Shown here: positions 1 through 10,230 of the stretch, in pieces
Layout: each line of letters begins with the position of its first letter
Numbering within the stretch: position 1 is the stretch's first letter
Assembly (NCBI GenBank): GCA_009886115.1
Contig: VFJJ01000111.1
Coordinates: 62,001 to 107,092, forward strand
Direction: 5' to 3'
From: Actinomycetota bacterium
Lineage (GTDB): Bacteria; Actinomycetota; Acidimicrobiia; IMCC26256; VFJJ01
Length of the DNA: 45,092 nucleotides
Notes under the pieces: model-generated
Database searches by the model: none
What the model was told of the DNA's origin: nothing
The model's input: the letters and a program-made list of their open reading frames with translations, nothing else
Made by a program: the position numbers and the translations under genes

Positions 1-1106
1 ATCTTGGCCAGCTGGCGCAAGCGATCGAGGGAGTTGGCGGCGTCGTCGCCGAGGAGCTCGCGGGCCCGGTCGATGTCGACCTCGGCCAGCGCCTGGGGCT
101 GGGTGGCCTGGCGCATCATCTGCTCGAGCGCGTCGAGATCGCCGAGGTTGTCGAGCAGGCCAGGCATCTGGGCCATCGACAACGGGTCGTCGCCCTGGAA
201 GTTCATGCGCTTGTTCCACGGCATGTCGGGGAACGCCTGCTGCAGGTTGCGGCTCAGCTCGTCCATCTGCCACTGGAGGTCCATGTCCTCGAGCAGGGAG
301 TTGGCGAGCTCCTGGAGCTGCCTGCGCTGCTCGGGTGACATCGACGCCATGAGCTGCTGCATGGCGGCCATCGACCGGGCCATGCTCTCGAGGAGCTCGT
401 CGAGCGTCTGCGGGTTGTCGGGGAAGAAGTCGCCGTACTTGTCCATGAACTCGGCGAAGTTCGGCTCCTGGCCCTGGGCGCGCTGCTCGAGCATCGAGTT
501 GAGGTCGGCGAGCATGTCCTTCATGCGCTGCATCTGCTCGGGCGACATGTTCGACAGACTTTCCTGCATCTGGTTGAACGTGCTCTGCAGGAGCTGCTCG
601 CGCAGCTTCTGCATCATCTCCTCGAAGCGCTGACGGGCCGCGTCGTCCATCCAGTCGTACTGCTGGAGGTCCTTGACCTTGCCGGCGAGGTCGGGAGGGA
701 GCTGGTCGAGCTGCTCGCGGCGTTGCTGGGCCAGCTGGTCGATGATGTCCTGGCGTCGTTGGTCGCCGCTGTCTCGGGCCTCCTGCTCGCGCCGCTCGAT
801 CCCTTGGCGTTCCTGGTCGACGATCTCGTCGAGGCTCTCGGCGATCTCTTGGTAGACGCCGCCGAGGTCGTAGCGGTCGAGCTGCTCCTGGCGGCGCTGC
901 TTGAGCCGCTCCATGAGCTCGCGCATGCCCATGACCCGCTCGTCGTTCTGATCGCGAAACCCTTGCTGCATCAGGCGCCGCAGCGCGGCGTGGAGGTCGC
1001 CGTGCTCGACGAGATCGTCGGCCATCTGGTCGAGCACGGTGTCGGCGTCGAGGTCGAAGCCCGTCTGCGAGCCGTCCCAGCGGGAGTAGCGATATCCACG
1101 CACCAT
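1..1106 (-). CDS. VWA-domain-associated protein (mycobacterial Rv0959-like partner of Mg-chelatase-like ATPase); 5' part only, runs off window edge
   Basis: Absent from the ORF track because no stop lies in the window. Minus-strand reading from ATG 1106 gives MVRGYRYSRWDGSQTGFDLDADTVLDQMADDLVEHGDLHAALRRLMQQG...LDRYDLGGVYQEI...QALAEVDIDRARELLGDDAANSLDRLRQLAK, which resembles this family. TACAGT -10 lies 6 nt upstream. The VWA domain itself would lie beyond the window (inferred). Confidence 0.8.
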   Translation of the reverse strand, partial: MVRGYRYSRWDGSQTGFDLDADTVLDQMADDLVEHGDLHAALRRLMQQGFRDQNDERVMGMRELMERLKQRRQEQLDRYDLGGVYQEIAESLDEIVDQERQGIERREQEARDSGDQRRQDIIDQLAQQRREQLDQLPPDLAGKVKDLQQYDWMDDAARQRFEEMMQKLREQLLQSTFNQMQESLSNMSPEQMQRMKDMLADLNSMLEQRAQGQEPNFAEFMDKYGDFFPDNPQTLDELLESMARSMAAMQQLMASMSPEQRRQLQELANSLLEDMDLQWQMDELSRNLQQAFPDMPWNKRMNFQGDDPLSMAQMPGLLDNLGDLDALEQMMRQATQPQALAEVDIDRARELLGDDAANSLDRLRQLAK

Positions 1107-1112
1107 CCCACG

Positions 1113-1189
1113 ACTGTACCGGTCCTCGCCGCTCGGCTCCGGGCGAGGACGAAGCCTCGCAGGGATATGAGCCCGGCGGGGGGTACGGT
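1113..1189. promoter_or_regulatory. Back-to-back leaderless sigma-70-type -10 elements for the VWA-partner gene and the GH1 gene
   Basis: Minus strand: TACAGT (1118-1113), 6 nt, ATG 1106. Plus strand: TACGGT (1184-1189), 6 nt, ATG 1196. Neither start has an SD. Confidence 0.6.
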
Positions 1190-1195
1190 CACCCG

Positions 1196-2410
1196 ATGGG
1201 CCTGCCGAGCGATGTCATCTGGGGTGTCGGTGCGTCGTCGGTCGGGATCGAAGGAGCGCACCCGGCCGCCGACTGGTGGCGCTGGGAACGCGACGGACGG
1301 GCGCCTCCCTCGGGCGAGGGCGCCGGGCTCGCCGTCGACTTCGACGCCGACTTCCGCATGCTCGCCGCGCACGGCTTCACCGCCGTGCGGCTGGTGCTCG
1401 AATGGGCCCGACTCGAGCCCGAAGGCGGACGACACGACGCCGAGGCCGTCGAGCGGTACCGGACGATGATCGAGGTGGCCCGCAGCCACGGCCTCCAGGT
1501 GTGGCTGGGCCTGCACCACTACTCGACCCCGGGCTGGTTCGTGGAGGCCGGATCGTGGGCCGACGACGGCATCAGAGGGCGAGCCTGGCCGCGCCACGTG
1601 GGCTTCTGCGCCGAGGCGTTCGGAGACCTCGCCGCGGGCTGGTTCCCCATCTTCGAACCCGCCGGCTACGCGGCGGCCGCGCATCTCCACGGAGCCCTCC
1701 CGCCGGGTCGAAACGACCCCGAACGCTTCGCCCGAACGGTACGGGGACTGCACCTCGCGGCCCGCGACGCCTACCTGGAGCTGCGCGGCGGGCCCCCGGT
1801 GGTGAGCGCCCACGACCTCCAGCTCGTCAGGGCCGGCGACGATTCCCCCGAGGCCCGGAACCGGGCCCGCACCATCGAACGCATCCAATGGCACAGCTGG
1901 ATCGGCGCGTTGCGCGACGGCGTGCTCGCCGTTCCCGGGCTGGGCGAGGTCGAGGTCGCCTCGCTGGCCGGCGCATGCGACATCGTGGGATTCACCTTCC
2001 GGGGCTCCATCGCCGTGGGTGGCGACGGAGCCATCTCGGTGTGGCCGCCAGGGTTGCGGGCCGCCCCGCTGGGCGAGACGCCCTGGGCCGAGGGCCTGGG
2101 CACCGTCATGCGCCGTGTGGCCGACGAGCTCCCCGGGCGACCCCTGTGCTACCTGTCGAGCGGGCTGGGAACACCCGACGACAACTGGCGGACGGCCGTC
2201 CTGCGCGACGAGCTGGGCGTGGTCGAGGCTGCCGTGGCCGACGGGCTAGCCGTCCACAGCTGGTTCCACCAGCCCTGGATCGACGGCTACGAGTGGGGCG
2301 CCGGCTTCAGCGTGCCCTTCGGCCTCTTCACCCGTCAGCGCCGCCCCAAGGACGCCGCCCTCCTGTTCGCCGAGCTGATCGGCTCATCCGATCGCGAGCG
2401 CGAGCGCTAG
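1196..2410 (+). CDS. Glycoside hydrolase family 1 (beta-glucosidase-like) protein with degenerate active site
   Basis: GH1 motifs WGVGASSVGIEG, RLVLEWARLEP, LHHYSTPGW, FEP (acid/base Glu) and WIDGYEWGAGFSVPFGL. The nucleophile motif ITENG reads YLSSG. Confidence 0.85.
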   Translation: MGLPSDVIWGVGASSVGIEGAHPAADWWRWERDGRAPPSGEGAGLAVDFDADFRMLAAHGFTAVRLVLEWARLEPEGGRHDAEAVERYRTMIEVARSHGLQVWLGLHHYSTPGWFVEAGSWADDGIRGRAWPRHVGFCAEAFGDLAAGWFPIFEPAGYAAAAHLHGALPPGRNDPERFARTVRGLHLAARDAYLELRGGPPVVSAHDLQLVRAGDDSPEARNRARTIERIQWHSWIGALRDGVLAVPGLGEVEVASLAGACDIVGFTFRGSIAVGGDGAISVWPPGLRAAPLGETPWAEGLGTVMRRVADELPGRPLCYLSSGLGTPDDNWRTAVLRDELGVVEAAVADGLAVHSWFHQPWIDGYEWGAGFSVPFGLFTRQRRPKDAALLFAELIGSSDRERER

Positions 2411-2423
2411 CCCTGCGTTCCGC

Positions 2424-2470
2424 AAATTTGCGCGGAAATGCTCACGTGGTGAGCATTTCCGCGCAAATTT
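2424..2470. terminator. Perfect 22-bp inverted repeat between convergent genes (bidirectional terminator or REP-like palindrome)
   Basis: AAATTTGCGCGGAAATGCTCAC-GTG-GTGAGCATTTCCGCGCAAATTT. Confidence 0.7.
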
Positions 2471-2484
2471 CGGTTGGGGGCGGG

Positions 2485-3906
2485 TCAGCCGCGGGCGCGG
2501 TAGGTGGCGCGGCCGCGCACGGCGTCCTTGTTGAGGCGCTTGAGCAGGTGCAGGCCCTCCAGCACGAACTCGACGGCCGAAGCCACCACGGCGGGCTGCT
2601 CGCCCACACCCAGCGCACCGACGGTGGCCTTGAGGCCGGGCACGTCGGCCATCAGCTCCATGTACCGGGCCGCCGGCACGTCGTCGCCCGTGTCGGCCAG
2701 GAGCCCTTCCTCGAACGCCTTGAGGATCTCGCCGAAGCGGCCGGGTTCGACCCGGGCCCGGAACACGTCGACCAGCGCCTGACGGACGATGCGCTCGATG
2801 ACGGTGGTGTCCTGGCCCTCTTCGAGCGTCTCGAGCTCGAGCTTGCCGGCGGTGCTGGCCACCAGAGCGTCGAGATCGCAGACCCGCGGGGCCGCCTCGT
2901 GCTCGCCGGCCCGCAAGGCCCGGCGCACGGCGTTGGCCACCAACGTCTCGTAGTTGGCGATCGAGAGACGCACCGAGACACCCGAACGCTGGTTGACGTG
3001 CGGTGAGCGCCGGGCGACCTGGGAGATCTCGGCCACGATCTCCGACATGAAGCTGGGGACGTCGACGCGGATCCCGTCGACGGCGAACGGGACGGCCTCC
3101 TGCTCGACGACCGCCATCTCGACCTCGGCGTCGAGCGGGTAGTGCGTGCGGATCTGCGATCCGAAGCGGTCCTTGAGCGGGGTGATGATCCGGCCGCGGT
3201 TGGTGTAGTCCTCGGGGTTGGCCGAGGCCACGAGCAGCACGTCGAGGGGGAGGCGGATCTTGTAGCCCCGGATCTGCACGTCGCGCTCCTCGAGCACGTT
3301 CAGCAGACCCACCTGGATGCGCTCGGCCAGATCGGGGAGCTCGTTGATGGCGAAGATCCCGCGGTTGGTGCGGGGCACGAGGCCGTAGTGGATGGTCATC
3401 TCGTCGGCGAGGTACCGGCCCTCGGCGACCTTGATGGGATCGACCTCACCGATCAGGTCGGCGATCGAGGTATCGGGGGTGGCGAGCTTCTCGCCGATGC
3501 GGTTCGAGCGGTGGACCCAGTCGATCGGGCTCTCCTCGCCCAACTCGGCGACGACGTCGCGGGCGTGACGCGACGTCGGCTGGTAGGGGTCGTCGTTGAT
3601 CTCGCTGCCGGCGATGATGGGCATCCACTCATCGAGCAGGCCGACCATCGACCGGATCATCCTCGACTTGGCCTGGCCCCGCTCACCCAGGAAGATCAGG
3701 TCGTGCCCGGCCAGGAGCGCGTTCTCGACCTGCGGGAGCACGGTGTCCTCATAGCCGAGCACGCCTTCGACGACGGGCTGGCCCGCCGAGATGCGGGCCA
3801 CGGCGTTGGCCCTGATCTCTTCCTTCACCGGGCGCGACACCCATCCACTGGCCCGGAGCGCCCCGAGCGTTTCGGGACGAGCGGCATCCTTGGCGAGTTG
3901 CGGCAC
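2485..3906 (-). CDS. Magnesium chelatase-like / MoxR-related AAA+ ATPase (Rv0958-like)
   Basis: Motifs GERGQAKS, EKLATPDTSIADLIGEVDPIKVAEGR, AINELPDLAERIQVGLLNVLEERD and SANPEDYTNRGRIITPLKDRFG. Start set to GTG 3906, which has GGAGG 6 nt upstream. Confidence 0.9.
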   Translation of the reverse strand: MPQLAKDAARPETLGALRASGWVSRPVKEEIRANAVARISAGQPVVEGVLGYEDTVLPQVENALLAGHDLIFLGERGQAKSRMIRSMVGLLDEWMPIIAGSEINDDPYQPTSRHARDVVAELGEESPIDWVHRSNRIGEKLATPDTSIADLIGEVDPIKVAEGRYLADEMTIHYGLVPRTNRGIFAINELPDLAERIQVGLLNVLEERDVQIRGYKIRLPLDVLLVASANPEDYTNRGRIITPLKDRFGSQIRTHYPLDAEVEMAVVEQEAVPFAVDGIRVDVPSFMSEIVAEISQVARRSPHVNQRSGVSVRLSIANYETLVANAVRRALRAGEHEAAPRVCDLDALVASTAGKLELETLEEGQDTTVIERIVRQALVDVFRARVEPGRFGEILKAFEEGLLADTGDDVPAARYMELMADVPGLKATVGALGVGEQPAVVASAVEFVLEGLHLLKRLNKDAVRGRATYRARG

Positions 3907-3971
3907 GGCGAGCCTCCAGGCACGGGATGTCAGGGACGACGGGTGTTGCGCCGACGCGATCGCCCCCGAGA

Positions 3972-5534
3972 CTACCCGGCGCCCTCGACAACATCCGGGC
4001 GACCGTCTCGCCGACCGTCTCGCCGACCGGCGCGCCGACCGTCCCCTGGGCCGTCCCCTGGGCCGTCGCCCCGTCCCTCCAGCCGAGACGAAGACGCAGG
4101 CGCCCGTCGAGGCCACGGGCGCTGCTGCTCGACGATCCGGGCCAGGCGCAGCACGATGTCGTCGCGATGGCGGGGCCCCATGATCTGCAGCCCGATCGGC
4201 AGCCCGCCGGAATCGGTTCCCGCGGGCACCGACACGGCCGGGTTCCAGCACAGGTTGGCGATCATGGTGAACGGGACGGCCATCGCCGGGTGCACGGCGT
4301 GCCCGTCGATCGCCGACGGGGGCGGCCCCTCAGCAGCGAACGCGGTCACGGCCGTGGCCGGGGTGAGCAACACGTCGACCCGCTCGAAGATCGCGGCCAC
4401 AGCAGCCTCGAGGCGGGTCCGGGCCCGGAGCACGTCGGCGTACCGGGGCAGCGTCCAACCTTCGGTCTGCTCGTAGCCACGACGCACGCTCGGCACGAGC
4501 AGCTCGGCCCGGTCGGGCCAGTCGCCCGGCTCCATGTGCAGCCACATGTCGATGGCCCCGGCCCGGAGCCAGGCCTCGGTGGGATCGCCGAGCTCGACGG
4601 TGAGATCGACCACGCAGAGCCCGGCGTCGGCGATCAGCGCCGAGGCGGCCACCTCGGTGAGCACCCGGACCTCCGGGTCGACCCGAGCGAACCCCAGATC
4701 GGCCGACCACGCGACCCGCAGCCCGCCGACCGAGAGCTCCTCGATGGCGCGCTCGTACGTGACCCCGGGGGCCGGCAGCGACGTGCGGTCGCGATCGTCG
4801 GGACCGCAGGCCACGTCGAGGTGGCGGGCCGCGTCGGCCACGGTGGTCGCCAGGACGCCGGGAACGGCGGTCTGGCTCGTCGACGCGCCCTGCACGGGGA
4901 TGCGGCCGTAGCTCACCTTGTGCCCGACCAAGCCCGAGAACGAGGCGGGGATGCGGATGCTCCCACCGCCGTCGCCACCGGTGGCCAGCGGCACCATCCC
5001 CGCAGCGACGGCCGCCGCCGATCCCCCGCTCGATCCCCCTGGTGTACGAGACGGGTCCCACGGGTTGCGGGTGACGCCCCAGGCACTCGAGCGTGTGTAG
5101 GCGACCGTCCCGAACTCGGGCGACGCTGTCATGCCGACGGGTACCGCCCCGACCGCTCGCAGACGGGCGATGTGGATCGAGTCGTCGGTCGCCGGAGGAT
5201 CGCCCTGGCGCAGGCGCGAGCCCTCGGTGGTCACGAAGCCGGCGCAGCGGTCGAGCTCCTTGACACCGATGGGGACGCCGGCCAACGGCCCGGGATCGCC
5301 GCCGGCAGCGATGGTGGCGTCGACGGCGTCGGCCGCTCGCAGCGCCAGCTCGGCGTCGACCGCGACGAACGCACCGAGCTCCCCGTCACGCTCGGCGATG
5401 CGAGCCAGCGCAGCCTCCGTGAGCGCCCGAGCGGTGACCTCACGGCGGCGGACGGCTTCCGCCGATTCGACCGCCGACGCATCGGCCAGCGCGGCCACCG
5501 CGCCAGGACGGCCGCCACCGCCGCTACCGGTCAC
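3972..5534 (-). CDS. Amidase (amidase-signature family)
   Basis: [23 protein letters not shown] and [13 protein letters not shown] (Ser-cisSer-Lys triad), plus GLPIGLQI near the C-terminus. Exact start uncertain. Confidence 0.9.
   Translation of the reverse strand: MTGSGGGGRPGAVAALADASAVESAEAVRRREVTARALTEAALARIAERDGELGAFVAVDAELALRAADAVDATIAAGGDPGPLAGVPIGVKELDRCAGFVTTEGSRLRQGDPPATDDSIHIARLRAVGAVPVGMTASPEFGTVAYTRSSAWGVTRNPWDPSRTPGGSSGGSAAAVAAGMVPLATGGDGGGSIRIPASFSGLVGHKVSYGRIPVQGASTSQTAVPGVLATTVADAARHLDVACGPDDRDRTSLPAPGVTYERAIEELSVGGLRVAWSADLGFARVDPEVRVLTEVAASALIADAGLCVVDLTVELGDPTEAWLRAGAIDMWLHMEPGDWPDRAELLVPSVRRGYEQTEGWTLPRYADVLRARTRLEAAVAAIFERVDVLLTPATAVTAFAAEGPPPSAIDGHAVHPAMAVPFTMIANLCWNPAVSVPAGTDSGGLPIGLQIMGPRHRDDIVLRLARIVEQQRPWPRRAPASSSRLEGRGDGPGDGPGDGRRAGRRDGRRDGRPDVVEGAG
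4000..4071. repeat. Degenerate 12-bp tandem repeat (about 6 units) in the amidase 3' end
   Basis: CGACCGTCTCGC x2, CGACCGGCGCGC, CGACCGTCCCCT, GGGCCGTCCCCT, GGGCCGTCGCCC. Confidence 0.75.
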
Positions 5535-5590
5535 GCCTGGCCGACCTTCTGGCGACTGCCGTCGGAGCCGTCACGTCAGAACCGGCTGGC

Positions 5591-6268
5591 TCACGATCCG
5601 CTGAACACGGCGGCGATCTCGGCGGCCTGAGCGGGGTCGAGCTGGAGCAGCAGGTCGAGGACCGGGCCGGTGGCGTAGGTCGTGGTGCCCAGTTGGTAGA
5701 ACTCGTCGTGATCGCTGCCGATGGTGTCGGCCGCGGTCTCCAGCCGGACCAGGTCGATCATGCGCACCGGGTTCGCCGCAGGGTCCCACACGAAGGTGAT
5801 GTCGGTGCGGCCCGTGTGCAGGATCACCCAGTTCGACAACGTCCGGGTGATCTGCTCGACGCTCCAGGCCATGGTGCGCAGCCACCGTCCGTTGACGGGG
5901 AGCGGCTCGGGGATGGCCGGCGGGCGCCAGCCCGACCCGATCGGTACGGCCCACTCGAGGAGGACGGGCGCATGATCGGGAACGCCGTAGGCGTGGATCT
6001 CGAGGTCGGCGGGGGCCTGCACCCACAGCGGGTCGAAGCGGCGGTCTCGCGGCACGGCCCGGGCGAACGACCAGATCCACCCGAATCGGCTCGCCGCCGG
6101 GCAGTCGTCGACCCGGACGCCGGCCCACAACGTGGCGAACGGACGGGAGGGGCTCATCGCCGGGCTCGACCACGGCACGACGGACCCCTCGGGGAGCGAT
6201 CGGATCCAACCGACGACCTGACGGAAGACCCCGTGGCTCAGATGGTCTGACCGTGCGTGGTCGGCCAT
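5591..6268 (-). CDS. Hypothetical protein (225 aa, Trp/Pro-rich)
   Basis: Real start taken as ATG 6268 (MADHARSDH...) with GGAGG upstream. The rest of the 656-aa track ORF is antisense to sdhC/sdhA. No motif recognised. Confidence 0.6.
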   Translation of the reverse strand: MADHARSDHLSHGVFRQVVGWIRSLPEGSVVPWSSPAMSPSRPFATLWAGVRVDDCPAASRFGWIWSFARAVPRDRRFDPLWVQAPADLEIHAYGVPDHAPVLLEWAVPIGSGWRPPAIPEPLPVNGRWLRTMAWSVEQITRTLSNWVILHTGRTDITFVWDPAANPVRMIDLVRLETAADTIGSDHDEFYQLGTTTYATGPVLDLLLQLDPAQAAEIAAVFSGS

Positions 6269-6595
6269 GGCGTTTCCCTCCGAGACTTCGACGAACGTGC
6301 GTTCGGCGGCGGGCGCCGCTAACACTCGGTGGCACCGTAGCCAAGCGCCACAAGCCCGAGCGAGTGGGCGCATCACCCAGAACTGGAGGAACACCCGCGT
6401 TCGGACACGATCCGGGAGAGTTTTTTCCGGGATGCGGACCAGACGGACACGAGTCGAGCCGCGGAGCCGGTCGACGTCGTCCGTCGGCCCCGGATTCCCG
6501 TCGCTCCGAGAGACGCCGGGTAGCGTTCGCGTGCCCAGTCGGTCCCCACCCGGATCGGCTGGCGGCGACGGCGTGTTCCAGGGAGATCGACACCG

Positions 6596-7378
6596 ATGGC
6601 GACGGCAACAGCTCCGGCCAAGCGCAAGCGAGAGCTGCCGTGGCCGATCACGTTCTACCGATCGGCGGTCGGCAAGAAGTGGGTGATGGCCATCAGCGGG
6701 GTCGTCGGCCTCGGCTTCGTCGTCGTGCACATGATCGGGAACCTCAAGCTGTATCTCAGCCGCGAAGAGATCAACCTCTACGGCGAGGCGCTGCGCGAGT
6801 TCCCCAAGCACCTCCTTCCCCGGACGGTCTTCCTCTGGATCACCCGTGTCGTGCTCGTGCTGGCCCTGGCCGTGCACGTGCACGCGGCGGCGTCGCTCAC
6901 CCGGATGAACGCCAGGGCCCGGCCCCGCAACCAGCAGTACCAGTCGCCGCGCGACTACCAGGTCGCCAACTACGCATCCCGCACCATGCGCTGGACCGGG
7001 ATCATCGTGTTGCTGTTCATCGGCTTCCACCTGCTCGACCTCACCTGGGGCGGCGGCGGCGCCGACTTCGAGCGCGGCGACGCGTACAACAACCTCGTGC
7101 GCAGCTTCGACCGTCCCCTGGTGGCTGCGGTGTACGTGGTGGCCAACCTGGCGCTCGGCGTGCACCTGTTCCACGGCGTCTGGAGCATGTTCCAGAGCCT
7201 CGGGGTGAACAATCCCCGGATCAACAAGGCCCGCAAGCGTTTCGCCCAATCGGTCGCCGCGATCATCGTGATCGGCAACATCAGCTTCCCGATCGCCGTG
7301 CAGGCCGGATGGGTCGACGAGGCCTGCGTCGGAACCGAGCACGGCGAGCCGTGCGAGCCGTCCGGCCTGAAGTTCTGA
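6596..7378 (+). CDS. sdhC: Succinate dehydrogenase/fumarate reductase cytochrome b subunit (three-subunit type)
   Basis: [39 protein letters not shown] and [14 protein letters not shown], with hydrophobic helices and haem-ligand His residues. GGGAGA SD and a TAGCGT -10 at 6521. Confidence 0.93.
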   Translation: MATATAPAKRKRELPWPITFYRSAVGKKWVMAISGVVGLGFVVVHMIGNLKLYLSREEINLYGEALREFPKHLLPRTVFLWITRVVLVLALAVHVHAAASLTRMNARARPRNQQYQSPRDYQVANYASRTMRWTGIIVLLFIGFHLLDLTWGGGGADFERGDAYNNLVRSFDRPLVAAVYVVANLALGVHLFHGVWSMFQSLGVNNPRINKARKRFAQSVAAIIVIGNISFPIAVQAGWVDEACVGTEHGEPCEPSGLKF

Positions 7379-7394
7379 CAGGGAGCTGACCCTC

Positions 7395-9326
7395 ATGGCA
7401 CTCGACACCACGGCCCTCGATTCCAAGGTCCCGGTCGGTCCGCTCGCCGACAAGTGGACCAACCACAAGTTCGACGTGAAGCTCGTCAACCCGGCGAACA
7501 AGCGCCGCTTCACGGTGCTCGTCGTCGGGACGGGCCTCGCGGGGGCGAGCGCCGCGGCCACGCTGGCCGAGCTCGGCTACAAGGTCGTGTGCTTCTCGTT
7601 CCACGACTCGCCCCGCCGGGCGCACTCGATCGCCGCCCAGGGCGGCATCAACGCCGCCAAGAACTACCGCAACGACGGCGACTCGGTGCACCGCCTCTTC
7701 TACGACACCATCAAGGGTGGCGACTACCGCGCCCGAGAGGCCAACGTGCACCGCCTCGCCGAGGTGTCGGCCGACATCATCGACCAGTGCACCGCCCAGG
7801 GCGTGCCCTTCGCCCGCGAGTACGGCGGCCTGCTCGACAACCGGTCGTTCGGTGGCGCCCAGGTCTCACGCACGTTCTACGCCCGGGGCCAGACCGGCCA
7901 GCAGCTCCTCCTCGGCGCGTACCAGGCCTTGGCCCGTCAGATCCACCTCGGCAACGTCGAGATGCACACCCGCACCGAGATGCTCGACCTCGTCGTCAAG
8001 GACGGGCGGGCGACGGGCATCGTCACGCGCGATCTCGTCAACGGCGAGGTGCGGTCGTGGTCGGGCCACGCCGTCGTGGTGGCCACGGGCGGCTACGGCA
8101 ACGTCTTCTACCTCTCGACCAACGCCATGCAGTCGAACGTGACCGCCATCTGGCGGGCGCACCGCCGGGGCGCGCTGATGGCCAACCCCTGCTACACGCA
8201 GATCCACCCCACGTGCATCCCGGCCAGCGACGACTTCCAGTCGAAGCTCACCCTCATGTCGGAGTCGCTGCGCAACGATGGCCGGATCTGGGTGCCCAAG
8301 AACGCCGACGACGCCCGCTCGCCCGACCAGATCCCCGAGGACGACCGCGACTACTACCTCGAACGGCGCTACCCGGCGTTCGGCAACCTCGTGCCGCGCG
8401 ATGTCGCGTCACGCGCCTCCAAGAAGGAGGTCGACGCCGGGCGGGGCGTGGGCCCGCTCAAGAACGGCGTGTACCTCGACTTCGCCGACGCCATCGGCCG
8501 GCTCGGCCGCGACGTCATCGAGGAGCGCTACAGCAACCTGATCGAGATGTACGACCGCATCACCGGCGAGGATCCCTACCAGGTGCCCATGCGCATCTAC
8601 CCCGCCGTGCACTACACGATGGGTGGGCTCTGGGTCGACTACAACCTGATGAGCAACGTGCCCGGGCTCTACGTGCTCGGCGAGGCGAACTTCTCCGACC
8701 ATGGCGCCAACCGGCTGGGCGCCTCGGCGCTCATGCAGGGCCTGGCCGACGGGTACTTCGTGCTTCCGTACACCATCGGCGACTACCTGGCCGGTCTGCT
8801 GGGCCAGCCCGTGGTGCCCACGTCCGACGCGGCGTTCGCCGAAGCCGAGACCAACGTGGCCGACATGACCAGGCGCATGCTCTCGGTGAAGGGCACCCGT
8901 TCGGTCGACTACTTCCACAAGGAGCTCGGCAAGCTCATGTGGGACAACTGCGGCATGGCCCGCAGCACCGAGTCGCTCGAGAAGAACCTCTCGGAGATCC
9001 CGGCGCTGGCCGAGGAGTTCTGGAACGACGTGCGGGTGCTGGGCAACGACGAGTCGCTCAACCAGTCGCTCGAGCGGGCCGGGAGGGTCGCCGACTACTT
9101 CGAGTTCGCGACCTTGCTCTGTCACGACGCCCTCGTCCGCGAGGAGTCGTGTGGTGGGCACTTCCGCGTCGAGCACGCACAAGAAGACGGCGAGGCCCGC
9201 CGCGACGACGAGAACTTCGCCCACGTCGCCGCGTGGGAGTGGACGGGCGCCCCGAGCGCGCCGACGCTCCACAAGGAAGAGCTCGTCTTCGAGAGCGTCC
9301 ACCTCGCGACCCGCTCCTACAAGTAG
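7395..9326 (+). CDS. sdhA: Succinate dehydrogenase/fumarate reductase flavoprotein subunit
   Basis: [21 protein letters not shown] (covalent FAD His), [28 protein letters not shown]. Confidence 0.96.
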   Translation: MALDTTALDSKVPVGPLADKWTNHKFDVKLVNPANKRRFTVLVVGTGLAGASAAATLAELGYKVVCFSFHDSPRRAHSIAAQGGINAAKNYRNDGDSVHRLFYDTIKGGDYRAREANVHRLAEVSADIIDQCTAQGVPFAREYGGLLDNRSFGGAQVSRTFYARGQTGQQLLLGAYQALARQIHLGNVEMHTRTEMLDLVVKDGRATGIVTRDLVNGEVRSWSGHAVVVATGGYGNVFYLSTNAMQSNVTAIWRAHRRGALMANPCYTQIHPTCIPASDDFQSKLTLMSESLRNDGRIWVPKNADDARSPDQIPEDDRDYYLERRYPAFGNLVPRDVASRASKKEVDAGRGVGPLKNGVYLDFADAIGRLGRDVIEERYSNLIEMYDRITGEDPYQVPMRIYPAVHYTMGGLWVDYNLMSNVPGLYVLGEANFSDHGANRLGASALMQGLADGYFVLPYTIGDYLAGLLGQPVVPTSDAAFAEAETNVADMTRRMLSVKGTRSVDYFHKELGKLMWDNCGMARSTESLEKNLSEIPALAEEFWNDVRVLGNDESLNQSLERAGRVADYFEFATLLCHDALVREESCGGHFRVEHAQEDGEARRDDENFAHVAAWEWTGAPSAPTLHKEELVFESVHLATRSYK

Positions 9327-9354
9327 CTCCGACACGGCTGATAGGGATCGACTG

Positions 9355-10134
9355 ATGACGGGCAAGACCCTGACCCTGCGGTTGAAGGTCTGGCGCCAGG
9401 ATGGCCCCCGGGCCGCCGGCCGCTTCGAGGAGTACGACCTGCCGGGCATCTCGGTCGACATGTCGTTCCTGGAGATGCTCGACGTGCTCAACGAGCGCCT
9501 CAACGCCGACGGCCACGAGCCCGTCGCCTTCGAGCACGACTGCCGCGAGGGCATCTGCGGCTCGTGCTCGCTGATGATCAACGGCATGGCCCATGGCCCC
9601 CAGAAGGGCACAGCCACCTGTCAGCTCCACATGCGCCACTACCGCGACGGCGACGAGATCGTGATCGAGCCGTGGCGGTCGTCGGCCTTCCCGATCATCA
9701 AGGACCTCGTCGTCGACCGGGCTCCGTTCGACGCCATCATCCAGGCGGGTGGCTACATCTCAGCCCCGGCTGGCTCGGCGCCCGACGCCAACTCGGTGCC
9801 CATCCCCAAGGAAGCGTCCGACTCGGCGATGGACGCCGCCCAGTGCATCGGCTGCGGCGCGTGCGTGGCCGCCTGTCCCAACGGCGCGGCCAACCTGTTC
9901 ACCTCGGCCAAGCTGGCGCATCTGAACCTGCTGCCCCAGGGCCAGGCCGAGCGCTACAGCCGCACCGTGGCGATGGTCGACACCATGGAAGACCACTTCG
10001 GCTCGTGCACCAACCACGGCGAGTGCGAAGCGGCCTGCCCCAAGGAGATCAGCATCGATTTCATCGCGCTGATGAACCGCGACTACGTGAAGGCCCAGCT
10101 CTTCAACCGTCGTCTGGCCGGCCAACGCCGCTGA
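9355..10134 (+). CDS. sdhB: Succinate dehydrogenase/fumarate reductase iron-sulfur subunit
   Basis: [33 protein letters not shown]. Start set to ATG 9355 ([15 protein letters not shown]). Confidence 0.95.
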   Translation: MTGKTLTLRLKVWRQDGPRAAGRFEEYDLPGISVDMSFLEMLDVLNERLNADGHEPVAFEHDCREGICGSCSLMINGMAHGPQKGTATCQLHMRHYRDGDEIVIEPWRSSAFPIIKDLVVDRAPFDAIIQAGGYISAPAGSAPDANSVPIPKEASDSAMDAAQCIGCGACVAACPNGAANLFTSAKLAHLNLLPQGQAERYSRTVAMVDTMEDHFGSCTNHGECEAACPKEISIDFIALMNRDYVKAQLFNRRLAGQRR

Positions 10135-10151
10135 GGCTCGCTCTTCCCCAG

Positions 10152-10199
10152 CAACTGTCAGCGTGAGGGTCCGTATCCGGACCCTCACGCTGACAGTTG
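10152..10199. terminator. Perfect 22-bp hairpin downstream of sdhB
   Basis: CAACTGTCAGCGTGAGGGTCCG-TATC-CGGACCCTCACGCTGACAGTTG. Confidence 0.7.
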
Positions 10200-10230
10200 G
10201 ACGAGGGGTGGGTCGGTAGCCTCGCAAGCG

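Noticed and set aside
2485..3906. Non-canonical Walker motifs (GERGQAKS, AINE) as inactivation, or the gene as chlorophyll-pathway bchI
   Set aside because: As far as I recall these variants are normal for this ATPase family, and there are no tetrapyrrole genes nearby.
3972..5534. Amidase as gatA
   Set aside because: No gatC/gatB neighbours, and the signature reads [13 protein letters not shown] rather than the GatA-type DTGGSIRQPA.
6409..6433. Imperfect palindrome CCGGGAGAGTTTTTTCCGG upstream of sdhC as an operator or riboswitch
   Set aside because: Too degenerate and matches no motif I can name.
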